A stretch of 63,888 nucleotides of DNA, the filler included, from Thraustochytrium aureum (lineage: Eukaryota): the NCBI GenBank assembly GCA_012862495.1. It is 5 parts of 3 records of this genome, joined end to end, with 100 filler letters (N's around TTAATTAATTAA, not from the genome) between each part and the next. Parts side by side here need not be neighbours in the genome. Positions count along the whole stretch, not along the records: positions 1 to 14,092 come from BLSG01000427.1; positions 14,193 to 31,562 come from BLSG01000427.1; 3 more parts are not named here. One strand, written 5' to 3'. Both the position numbers and the translations under genes were made by a program. The notes under the pieces are model-generated. The model was not told the DNA's origin. It worked only from the letters and a program-made list of their open reading frames with translations, and did no database searches. This document shows positions 11,471-22,182 of this stretch, piece by piece; position 1 is the stretch's first letter, and each line of letters begins with the position of its first letter.

Positions 11471-14092
11471 ATGCCGCGGCTCGCGGACCGACAGTTCGAA
11501 AGTGACTCGAGCAGCAGCGGGGCGGACGCGGCGGGCGCGAGGCGCGGTGGCGGCCGGGGGAGGCCCGTGGCGAAGGAGACGCGAGCGGTGGCGGAGGAAA
11601 CGGCTGCGCTTGAAGTGGTGGTACATGAAGGACGCAGACTGCGAAGGGTGGTGGAGGAGGACGCTGAGCTCTTCCCGTTTGTGAAAGTCGTTGTGGACTC
11701 TGCGCGGCTGAGGCGGCCGGTAGAAGTGCAGTCGCGGGTTGAGCAAGGAGACCAGCCGCGCTGGGAAGAAACGCTCAAGGTCTTGGTCCCCAGCGAGGCG
11801 CTCGCAGATGCTGACTGCAATGTCGAGGTGCAGCTCTGGAGCGATGAAGACAGAGGCCCGGAAAAGCTTGGCGAACGACAGTACAAACTCAGTCGATTCC
11901 AAGACCAGGGCGGAGCGCTTGAACGGCAAAACTGCGCTTTCTCCAATGCGACTGGCCTGATACGCCTGAGCATGCGGCTGGAGGGTGGCGCTCCCCGCAG
12001 ACCTTCTCCTGCACGAGCCAGTGCAAGCCCACAACGCCGCACCATGAACCGTTCGGGCTCCAACGCGTCGTTTGCCTCAAACGCATCGGGAGAGGTAGAC
12101 CGCGTCAGGTACCTCTACCAAAAGGAGCGCAGGGTAACCCTCAGTACAGTTCCTGGGCTCATCCGCAAGCTGTCCGGCAAGCCCGTAACGGCCTCACAAC
12201 GCACAGCGATCCAGCACTTTGCGGACGCCTCTCGAATCGGTCCGCGCGACCCGCTCGAGCTCGAGCAGTTCCAGGAGCTGTGCGATTCGATTGGCGTTTT
12301 CGAGGCCGCCTCAAGAGCCGACGAGCACGACAATGCCAACGCTCTGGCGCACCGGGGAGCGCGTCGCTCACCGTCCCCGGCGCTGACGGGGTCATCCAAG
12401 TCGCAGCTGGTCCGTGGCCAGCAAGTGGAGGCCCGTTTCGGTGGAGGCAACAAGTTCTTCAAAGGACGGATCGCAAGGGCCAACGTTGATGGTTCATACG
12501 ACATCGACTATGACGATGGCGACAAGGAGCGTGGCGTGGACGCGTCTTTGATCCGCGCCTCGGACGGGGACACAGCAGGTCCCTCACCTGTTCGGCGCAA
12601 TCCAACATCCACTGGCCTGCGTTCCCCGCTCTCGCCCGTGTCCCCACAGCGGGGCCAATTTGCCCGTGGAGATCGTGTCGAGGCGCGATTTAAAGGCGGG
12701 CGCGCATATTTCGCTGGCAAGATCACACGGGTAAACGCGGACGGCTCGTATGCAATCCAGTATGACGACGGGGACTCGGAGCGAGCGGTTGCTGCAGAGC
12801 TTGTCCGCCCAATTGGGGATCCGCTAGCGCCCAGCAATACTTCCCGTCAAGGGGTTCGCCGCGCATCACACTCGCCACCGCGCGACAACTCTCTCCGCGC
12901 GGCGCTAGAAACTGCCTTCGACGAGGAAGGACGCGTCACGATAAGCAACGTTGCAAGCGTAATACGCAAGGCAACGGCCAAACCAATGTTGTCCTCACAG
13001 CGCCGCTTGGCGGCGGAATTTGCCAGCGAGAATGGGATCGGGCCGAGGGACCAGCTTACCGCAGCGCTCTTTCTTGAGCTTTGTGAACGCCTTGGTCTCG
13101 TTGATGGCCAGAACGACATGGAAGGAGGCTCGCGAAACTCCCGAGTCTCTCCAAACAAGCGAACCAGCCGAGATCGTGGGTCGCTCGAGGATAGCACGGC
13201 GTTTCGCCCCGGTCAGGCCGTTGAGGCGCGCTTTCGCGGAGGGCGCAAGTGGTTTCGCGGCAAAGTCACACTCGCCAATCCAGACAAGACCTTTGCAATC
13301 GAGTACGAGGACGGCGATCGAGAGGGCCATGTTCCCGCTGAGTTCATCAGGGCAATTGGTGCCCAATCCCTTGCTTCCCCTCGTGAGCGTGAAGGTGTCA
13401 CTTCTTTGCGCCTCGCCTTTGAAGCAGAACCTCGCGTCACACTCGGCAGCGCCTCAGGGTTGATCCAAAACCTCTCTGGTAAGCCCGTCCTCTCCTCCCA
13501 ACGGCGTTTAATCTCGACATTTGCGCGCCGTAACGGCATTGGGCCGCGCGACCAGCTCTCGTTTGACCAGTTTCAAGGCTTGTGCAACGAGCTCGGGGTG
13601 CAGCCTGATGCGACGGGCGGCGAACAGCATAGCGACTCGGACGGGCTCGTCCCGTCTCCACGCGCTCCGTCAAACTCCAGCCACGCGTCGTCACGCAGAG
13701 CGCCCCTGAATCGAACCAGAGGGAGCTCGCTTGTCGTCGGCGCGCGCGTCGAGGCCAGGTTCAGGGGGGGCAGCAGGTTTTATCCTGGGACAATTGCGCG
13801 AGCCAATGCAGATGGGACTTTTGACATTGAGTTCAACGATGGGGATCGGGAACGCGGCGTCAGTGACTCGGACGTGCGGCTTTTGGGGGGCGTCGGCTCC
13901 TCGAATGCCTCGCCGCCTTCAACAAGTAAGAGTATGCGCGGAGGTGCGGGCCAAGGAAACCTCGTCTTGCAGGCCTTCGAAAGTGAGGCCCTGGTTACTC
14001 TAAGTAACGTCTCCAACGTCCTTCAAAGAATTACGGGCAAAGCCGTCGTCTCGGCGCAACGCAGACAAATAATGGCCTTTGCAAAATCGAAT
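11471..14092 (+). CDS. C2-domain protein with 4 Tudor/Agenet-like repeats interleaved with 4 copies of an unrecognised ~65-aa repeat; 3' truncated at scaffold end
   Basis: C2-like segment LEVVVHEGRRL...PFVKV...PRWEETL...VEVQLW...LG (~11603-11985). Four copies of G..VEARF.GG..[FY].G.I...N.DG[ST][YF].I.[YF].DGD.E..V. Four copies of a F..E..VT...K.V..SQR repeat, three complete and ending IGPRD.L....F..LC..LG. Confidence 0.85.
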
Positions 14093-14192
14093 NNNNNNNN
14101 NNNNNNNNNNNNNNNNNNNNNNNNNNNNNNNNNNNNTTAATTAATTAANNNNNNNNNNNNNNNNNNNNNNNNNNNNNNNNNNNNNNNNNNNN
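14093..14192. other. Artificial scaffold-joining linker (N44-TTAATTAATTAA-N44)
   Basis: 12-mer giving stops in all six frames, set in exactly 100 nt; four identical copies in the window. Confidence 0.97.
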
Positions 14193-14198
14193 CATTGT

Positions 14199-14900
14199 CT
14201 AGTTGCACTCGAGCCGTCTTGGGCCGCCTGACTTGGTCAACAAGCAACAGGCCCTGTCGTTGCACTCACGGTTGAGGTGGCAGGATACTGGATCAACAGG
14301 CGAACCACCTTCCCTTTGCGCTCCTTGAACTTGGCGTCGATGTTGAAGAACGCCACTTTCGCCGCGTCCCAGGCCGCAGACTGCTCGGCGGTCAGTTTCC
14401 TGCAAGCCACTGGACGCGTGTCGCGCTTGTCGTGGTACGGAAACGCAGGGGAAAATATTACGCAGTGCAGCAGGCTGACTCCGCAGCGTGAGTTGAGCAA
14501 GAACTTGCACAAAGTCAGTGTACTTGCCATCATCCCACATGAGGAACAAGACGTCCGGCCCAAAGTACGCATCAGGGTAGCAGAACGGCTCGACGACGCC
14601 TTCGAAGCGAGCCGCCGTTGCGCTCTTGACCCACTCGATGGTCTTGTCGATGCTCACCGCGCACGCCAACACGAGGACCTTGTAGGCGGACTTGAGCGGG
14701 ACAGAGTAGCCTTGGGTGCATCTTTCTGCGATCCCAAGATAGCATTACATTTTGCCTGGATGGCGGGGAGCACGAAGAATTGAAAAAGCCTCCGCGCGAC
14801 CGCTCCAGCAAAGTTCCTGGCCCAGCCGCCCCACCACAGCCGTGTCGAAATAAATAAAGTTAGCACATGCTAGAACACAAAGCCCCAGACCCCCGCGTCC
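14199..14900 (-). pseudogene. Decayed Crinkler (CRN)-like C-terminal domain
   Basis: Fragments in several frames: YFDTAVVGRLGQE; FFVLPAIQAK; LKSAYKVLVLAC...KTIEWVKSATAARFEGVVEPFCYPDAYFGPDVLFLMW; VVRLLIQYP. These resemble oomycete CRN-family proteins as recalled. Multiple frame changes within 700 nt. Confidence 0.55.
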
Positions 14901-15101
14901 TGCTTCTGCACTGCCGCGATGCCATGCTCGACCAGTTCCTTTGCTCCAAAGGTGATGAGCGAATGCCAGCCGCCGAGAACAAAGTTCAAACGTTGCCGCA
15001 ACTCGGATGCCCCCGCCAAGAGAGCGCCCAGAGCAGCTCACTGGGAGTGCAGAGTGCACATCGCGCATGAATGAAACGTTTTCAATTGAGAACACTATTT
15101 T

Positions 15102-18100
15102 TCATAGATTGCGGGCAAAGCGCCGCTGAGTTCGGTCCATGTTGTGCAAACGCTTTCCAGTCAAATATCGCTCGTCACGCAAGGCGTCGTGCACGATCAA
15201 CCAAGTCCGCTGCGCCTCGCGCGCGACGTATGGGATGACCAATAGAGCGAAAGCGAGCGAACTTGACCATCGAAACACAAACACGATGCCGTAGGCGCTC
15301 ACAAACGAGTAGCCCGACAGAGAAAACACGACGTGCGAAAGAAACCCGGGGATGAGGAGCGGCCCCAAGACTGCAGCCAAGAGGCCAAGGCAGACCGGCG
15401 CCACCACCTTGTAAAGCAAAACGGAACAGTCCAGGCTGAACAAAACGCGCTCGACGGCGAAAGCAAACTGTTGGTGCACGTTTGCAAACTCCTCTCGCTG
15501 CTCCATGAGCCCAGGGATCATGATCAGTTGCACCACAAGGAGCTCGAGCAGAACGCCGAGCNNNNNNNNNNNNNNNNNNNNNNNNNNNNNNNNNNNNNNN
15601 NNNNNNNNNNNNNNNNNNNNNNNNNNNNNNNNNNNNNNNNNNNNNNNNNNNNNNNNNNNNNNNNNNNNNNNNNNNNNNNNNNNNNNNNNNNNNNNNNNNN
15701 NNNNNNNNNNNNNNNNNNNNNNNNNNNNNNNNNNNNNNNNNNNNNNNNNNNNNNNNNNNNNNNNNNNNNNNNNNNNNNNNNNNNNNNNNNNNNNNNNNNN
15801 NNNNNNNNNNNNNNNNNNNNNNNNNNNNNNNNNNNNNNNNNNNNNNNNNNNNNNNNNNNNNNNNNNNNNNNNNNNNNNNNNNNNNNNNNNNNNNNNNNNN
15901 NNNNNNNNNNNNNNNNNNNNNNNNNNNNNNNNNNNNNNNNNNNNNNNNNNNNNNNNNNNNNNNNNNNNNNNNNNAAAGCGGCCCACGTACAGCGGAGCCG
16001 CAAGCGCTGTCACCGTGACAACGAGGCAGGTGGCCCAGGCCAACGCGGAGATCGCGGCCACGCGCGGGACCCATGCGCTAGGTCGCTCGCGAGGCAACAG
16101 GCCGGCCCGGGCCCGAGCGTACTCGCGCTCCTCGTCGCCGTCCTCGTCGTGAGAAGCATCGCTGCCTCGGCGCTCAAGTGGCACAGCGTCAGGGTCGCGC
16201 ACAGGAAGCAGGAATCGTCTCAGGCCGAGTGCGCCGCAGACGAGCTGGAACCAGGCGTCGATTGCGGTGCGGATCTGGTCCTTGCCCTGGTCCAGGAGAT
16301 TGAGGACGCCGATGTGGATGCACACGAGCTCCACGGGAAGCTGCGCTTCGAGCAGCGTGTAGCGCAGCGCAGGCTTGTAAGGCAGCGCCCAGCGCAAAGA
16401 GCTGTTTAGCGCGAGCTGGGTAGGGAGATAGATGAACGCCCAGACCAGCACGGTGTAGATCGCGCATGAGAGCGCCATCCGGCGCACGTGCTTGAGGATC
16501 GGGTCCTCGAGCACCGTGCGAAGCAGGCTCTCGTCCGCGTCTTTGGGACGGATGATGCCGTGAAGGATGTCCGGGTGCAGCACGTCTCGCAGCTCCAGCA
16601 CCAACACGGTGATGACCAGCATGTGCGTGATGCCCGCCACCCAAAGGATCATGACCGCGAAGACGGGGTGGTCGGTCGCGAACGAGAACCGATTGACGTC
16701 ACCGAGATCAACGAGGTCGCGACCCGCCATCTCGAGCAGCACGCCCAGCAGAACGGGGAACACGCCCATTTTCAAGAACACGATGATGACGACCTTGAAC
16801 GTGCGGCTCATCAGCTTGAGCAAGCGGGTGATGCGGGCCCAGCCGCGTCTCGACGAGGCAAGGCGGGACCTGTCGCGTAGCGCCCGCGCCGCGAAGAAGA
16901 GTGACGCCAGCGCCGAGGCTACGGTGATGTAGCCGATCAGAACCGCGCCAATTTCAAGCAGAGCCCAGTGCAGCTCGTCAAAGAATTCCTTGCGAGCGCC
17001 GCGCTCGCGATCTGCAAAGGTGCACACGGCGCCAACTCCAAGGCCCCTCGCGCCGCTGGCGAGCTCGAGCATGTGCGGGTGGAGCGGCCCCAGCGTTGCC
17101 TGCACGTGTTTGGTGCGACTGGCCTCGGCTGCTAGCTGATCGGCTCGGAGTTTGTGCAGCGTCCGCAAGAGGAACGCCTCGTCCTCCACGGACAAGAGGC
17201 GGTGGCCCGTTGCAAGCTCGACAAGTCGCGCAACCATGGACATCACCACAGCGCCGACGGTGGTTGGCGCGAACAATGCCACGCAGAGGTAGAGGCCATT
17301 GAAGGTGAGGAGCCACAAAACGTTGTGGAATAAAACCCACCCGGGGCCGCGCAGGCCAAGCAGCTCGTCCATTGCCACGTTCAAGTCGCCCACGTTGTTT
17401 TCGTTGTCGTCCTGGTCGTCCATGAAACCGTTCATTCCATCGTCCATAAACTGCTCCTCGTCCTGCTCTGCTCCTGCTCCGCCCTCCTCTCGGATCGCAG
17501 CCTGGGCCGCCGCCATGTCTTGCCCGTGACCGGCACCAGCTGCCGCTGCCGCCACGGGGTGCGCAAGCTCGTCTGCCTGCCCCTGGGGCTGGCCTGCCTG
17601 GGCAGGCGCTTCCTGCGCCACGAGCCCGCCGAACGGGAGATCGCCCAGGCCCATCAGGTTGTGCATCACGCCTAGCCCATGCGCATGGAGCCCAGGCTCT
17701 TGCGCACCAAAGTTTTCGCCGACGTCAATGTTGCCTGCGTCCGCATCCTCCTCCTCTTCGGCCTCCTCCTCTTCCTCCTCCTCGAAGCGGTCGCCGTCCG
17801 TCAGCATGTCGTGCTCGCGAACAAAGTCCACCACGGAGATCAGCGTGAGGAATGAGAGGAAGATGCAGGCCGAGACACACACGCCGATCCCCCAGCTCGA
17901 GTAGTAGCCGCCCTCTAGCGCCATGCGAAGGCGCACGAAGAAACTGGCCCAGCCCGACTGCGCGCTCTCATACGCCAGCTGCGAGGCGCCCGTACGGTCG
18001 AGCTTACCCAGGGAGAGGATGCGAAACATGACGCAGGTGGCAATTGGTACGACGCCCCAGGTCAACAAGACAATCATGAATCGGAGGGCAAAGGGGATTG

Positions 18101-18497
18101 CGCGCGCCACGCGAACCGCGCAAAGCTTGGGATCTCCGCCACCGACAGCGAGCTCGGCGCGCCTGGCTCGTATACCGGCGTGAACCCGAATCGGTGGCCG
18201 CACAGTTCGCATTGCGACCGCGCGCTGCTGTTCGTTGAGCTGTGAGAGAGCCACTCCAAGAGGCAGTCTTCATGGACAAATTTGATCGACCCTGTGCAGA
18301 TGCAAGGGTGAAAGAGCGGCCTCCCGTCCTCCTCGCCGCAGCGGCAAATGCGGCAAATTTCCTCTTCGTCGTCGCTCAATCCATTAGCGGCCGTCGCGCC
18401 GCGGCTTGGCGCTGGCTCCTCACTCGCAGCACTCGCCTCCGCAAGCCCGTCCGCGCGTTCGCCCTCGTCTGCCGCGAGGCGCGCCGCCACGTCAACC
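15102..18497 (-). CDS. MARCH6: E3 ubiquitin ligase MARCH6/Doa10/SUD1-like (RINGv + multi-TM); 5' end in gap, probable indel near 18130, internal gap
   Basis: RING-CH CRICRC...LFHPCICTGSIKFVHEDCLLEWLSHS...CELCGHRFGFTPVY. Conserved DELLGLRGP. C-terminal HDALRDERYLTGKRLHN. Confidence 0.93.
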
Positions 18498-19654
18498 NNN
18501 NNNNNNNNNNNNNNNNNNNNNNNNNNNNNNNNNNNNNNNNNNNNNNNNNNNNNNNNNNNNNNNNNNNNNNNNNNNNNNNNNNNNNNNNNNNNNNNNNNNN
18601 NNNNNNNNNNNNNNNNNNNNNNNNNNNNNNNNNNNNNNNNNNNNNNNNNNNNNNNNNNNNNNNNNNNNNNNNNNNNNNNNNNNNNNNNNNNNNNNNNNNN
18701 NNNNNNNNNNNNNNNNNNNNNNNNNNNNNNNNNNNNNNNNNNNNNNNNNNNNNNNNNNNNNNNNNNNNNNNNNNNNNNNNNNNNNNNNNNNNNNNNNNNN
18801 NNNNNNNNNNNNNNNNNNNNNNNNNNNNNNNNNNNNNNNNNNNNNNNNNNNNNNNNNNNNNNNNNNNNNNNNNNNNNNNNNNNNNNNNNNNNNNNNNNNN
18901 NNNNNNNNNNNNNNNNNNNNNNNNNNNNNNNNNNNNNNNNNNNNNNNNNNNNNNNNNNNNNNNNNNNNNNNNNNNNNNNNNNNNNNNNNNNNNNNNNNNN
19001 NNNNNNNNNNNNNNNNNNNNNNNNNNNNNNNNNNNNNNNNNNNNNNNNNNNNNNNNNNNNNNNNNNNNNNNNNNNNNNNNNNNNNNNNNNNNNNNNNNNN
19101 NNNNNNNNNNNNNNNNNNNNNNNNNNNNNNNNNNNNNNNNNNNNNNNNNNNNNNNNGGCGAAGTATCCTCTGGGTGGTACTCGTGCGAGCTGGGGCATTT
19201 CACGATGGACAGGCGGGCGTTTTGGTGGGCATTGTCGCACATGTTGTGCACACGCTGCTGCGGGCGGCTGGACGCCTCGAAGCGTCTTTTGTCAGCGTGA
19301 TGGTTCGTGGACGTGCTGCGCCCTGGGACGCGGTGACAGACCACATTTCATAGCTCGTATGGCGCTTATGAGGGCTCTAGAGATAGAGCTGTGTTCGCAT
19401 GCTGAGCATCCTTCACTGCCCGACTCACACATCATGACGCATGACGAGTGGACGCCGACCAGGCTGGAGTCGGGCAACGTTGAATCTTTTGATTGAGAAA
19501 AATAGAAATGGAAATTCCCGCGTACTCGCACGGAAAGCGGCGCTCATCTCGAACGCCTGCGGCTGATAAATAGTGCCTTGCCTGGCCAGCGAACAAGACC
19601 AGCGACGATCTTCTTCTCGCAACGCCTGCAGAATGCGGCTTGCTTGCCGATCGC

Positions 19655-21280
19655 TCAGAGCTTGGTCGGCGGAAACGTAAACACCTCCGGCGTGAAGGTG
19701 CCATGGAACGAGAAGGGAATGTGGATGCCCGGGTTAATGCGGCACACCGGACCGGCAGCAAGGTTGTTCGCCTCGAGCACGACGTATTGCACGCGGTGGT
19801 CGCCAGGCTTGTAGAGCTGCGTGATGATCCAGCCATCGTCGTCGTCGCCGTAGTAAGCGGAGGCGCGGCCATGGCGCGGAACAAAGACGGGCTCGCCGAC
19901 CAGGCCATCCGCCTTCCAGACGTCGTCGCGGTTGCCTGCTTGGTCGTACTTGACGATCTCGGTGAAGGGGATGGTGACGCCAGGCGCGCCGGACATGAGG
20001 TAGACATAGCGCGGGGGCAGGACCTTGTTGGCCGGGTCGTTGAGCTTGATGCAGCTCCGGTACGGGTTTGCGATGGGAAACTCGTTCGACCGGTTCGCCA
20101 CCTTGGGGGACAGCGTGCGCGTGCAGGTCTGGCTGGGGATGTCGATCTTGTAGTCGTGGTACACCCCCGGCGCGTCCGCCGAGTTGGAGAGGAAGACCTT
20201 GTGCTGCCATTCCATGTTGAACCCAGGGGGAAGGCACTGCAGAGCAAGGAGAGGCAGGCGTCAGCGCCGAACGCTCGGGCCGGGCAAACAAGGGCACAAG
20301 CAGGACTTACCGTGGCGCCAAAGGTGATGGTCAAGTCATCCACCTCGATCGCGTTCTGGAAGTGGTAGATGTGGCAAGGCTCAGTCTCGAGCTGGATCAC
20401 CTTGCGCTCGGCACCCGCCGCTGGGCGGCGCTCCACCAGCACCATCTTGGAGGGGAGCCCAGGCGTGTACTCGAGCAGCTCGCCGGGGGCCTTCTCGCCA
20501 GACATGATTCTGCGGACCGCCGCGGCACTGACGTCCACAAACGGGGTCATGTGGAAGATGTACCAGGTTGGGGTCACCAAAAAGTCGTGCGCGTAGTTGA
20601 GTCCGTCGATGTGCAGCATCGCCTCGTGCCGAGCGTTCCACTGGCGGTCAAACTCGAAGACGGCAACCTTGGGCTTGCGCCCGGGGCCGCCAGCCTTGAA
20701 GCCGATGCCCACGAGGAGGTCGTTCTGCACATCGAGGCGAAAGTGCGCCGAAAAGGCCTTGATCTTGTTGAGCGCTCCGCCAAGCGTGTCGTCCCCGAGC
20801 GTGTCGAGCGAGCGCGGGTCGAGCGCCGAAGGGAAGGCGTACTCGTGGCAGGCGAGGATCTTGCCCCCCCAGTAGAACGCGTTGGTATGCGCCGGGTCGC
20901 GCATCTTGAGCGGGTTTTTCGCCCCCGGGGCGGGCACGCGGCTGCCCATGTTGCCGTTGTACAGCATGCGCCCGGCCGCGGTCTCCTCGGCGTGGCTGAA
21001 GGTCTGCACGAAACGGTTCTTGAAGTGGACCTTTCCATCGACGAAAGTCAGAGCTACGACCATGCCGTCCCCATCGATCGGGTGCTTGAGCGGCGTCCCG
21101 AACACGTCGTTCAGGCCAGGCCCGTTACCGGAGGTACGTGCCTTGCAGCTCGAGCGGCACGGACCCTTCGACGGCTGCCGCATCAACCCAAAAGCTCTTC
21201 TCCTCCCTCTGTGACTCCCATCCGCGGCTGGCCAGCGGGAACACCTTGTCCACCTCTTCGGCTGTCGGCTTGCGAAACAT
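19655..21280 (-). CDS. Carotenoid-cleavage oxygenase / RPE65-family dioxygenase; start uncertain, 1-nt indel near 21127, one intron
   Basis: VEGSVPLELQGTYLR-NGPG, HPIDGDGMV, and four Fe-ligand His contexts (FSAHF, YAHDF, HIYHF, FSFHG). Also EFPIANP and VGEPVFVPR. Confidence 0.92.
20237..20310 (-). other. 74-nt spliceosomal GT-AG intron in the oxygenase gene
   Basis: Minus strand reads GTAAGT...GCTGAC (branch-point-like)...CTCTCCTTGCTCTGCAG. Removing it gives in-frame FGAT|CLPPGFNMEWQHKVFLSN. Confidence 0.88.
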
Positions 21281-22182
21281 CTTCCTTTCCCTGGCAGCGC
21301 GGCCCAGCTCTTCTTCCGACCCGCCGTTGAAACCTGCCACACCGTCACAACGCGTTGCGCGAGTCTGCGTGCGGCGCTGTGCGCGCTCGTTCCAGTGCGC
21401 CTGATAGAGTGCTGGCTGCTCCTGCCGGCGCTCTTGGCGCGTTGTCGGTCTGCAGGTGCTGGTGCTGCGCTCGTTGCGAGATCAATGAGATTGAGACGGG
21501 TCTGTCCTACTCTTGAGACTGTGCAACAACAAGGTGGTGCAAGTGTAACGATCCGTGCGACACCATGCAAAACGAAAATGTTGGCCCGCATTCCGACTCG
21601 CGGCCGCGCGCGCTCGCGCCCGTTGGTGAGCAGCTAGGCTCTACACTCTACCAGCGCAGCAGCTCGCTCACTTAAATAAGATGCACGGCGGGGACAGGGC
21701 TCGAAGCGGCAAGCTGTTGGAGCCGCGCAGCGCGCGTTGCTCGTCACATGCGCTCGTTGCCAGAGCCTTTCGGCCAGCTGCCAGGAGCTTGTTGGCCATG
21801 TGCTCGAGTACTTGTTAGCCCGGAAGCGAGCTGCGTACGGGAGGGGGGTCAACCGCCGCGTCTCGGCCATGCCTTGCGACGCTTTCGCGATCATCGAGAA
21901 ACCTTCACCGGGGCAGCCCGTGTTTCGCGGCCGGCGAGCGAAACCTCGTCCCAGCGACCGGCCGCATCTCGCTGGCAGGCGCGCCAGCCCCGAAGCCGTC
22001 GCGGATCGGCTGTCGCAGCAAGCGTCAGGCCCGGCCCGACGCAGCTCACACCATGATGTCATCTTGTCGATCATCACTTCACCAAGATCTTGAAAAATCG
22101 CGCTGAGACTCCCGCCTCGCAGACCCGAATTGAGCGCTTGGCGCGCGTCGGCCAGGCAGGTGCGGAGGTCGCTGGAGGCAAG

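Noticed and set aside
14137..14148. TTAATTAATTAA as a piggyBac TTAA target site or biological repeat
   Set aside because: It is always centred in exactly 44+44 Ns, four times over. This is an assembly linker.
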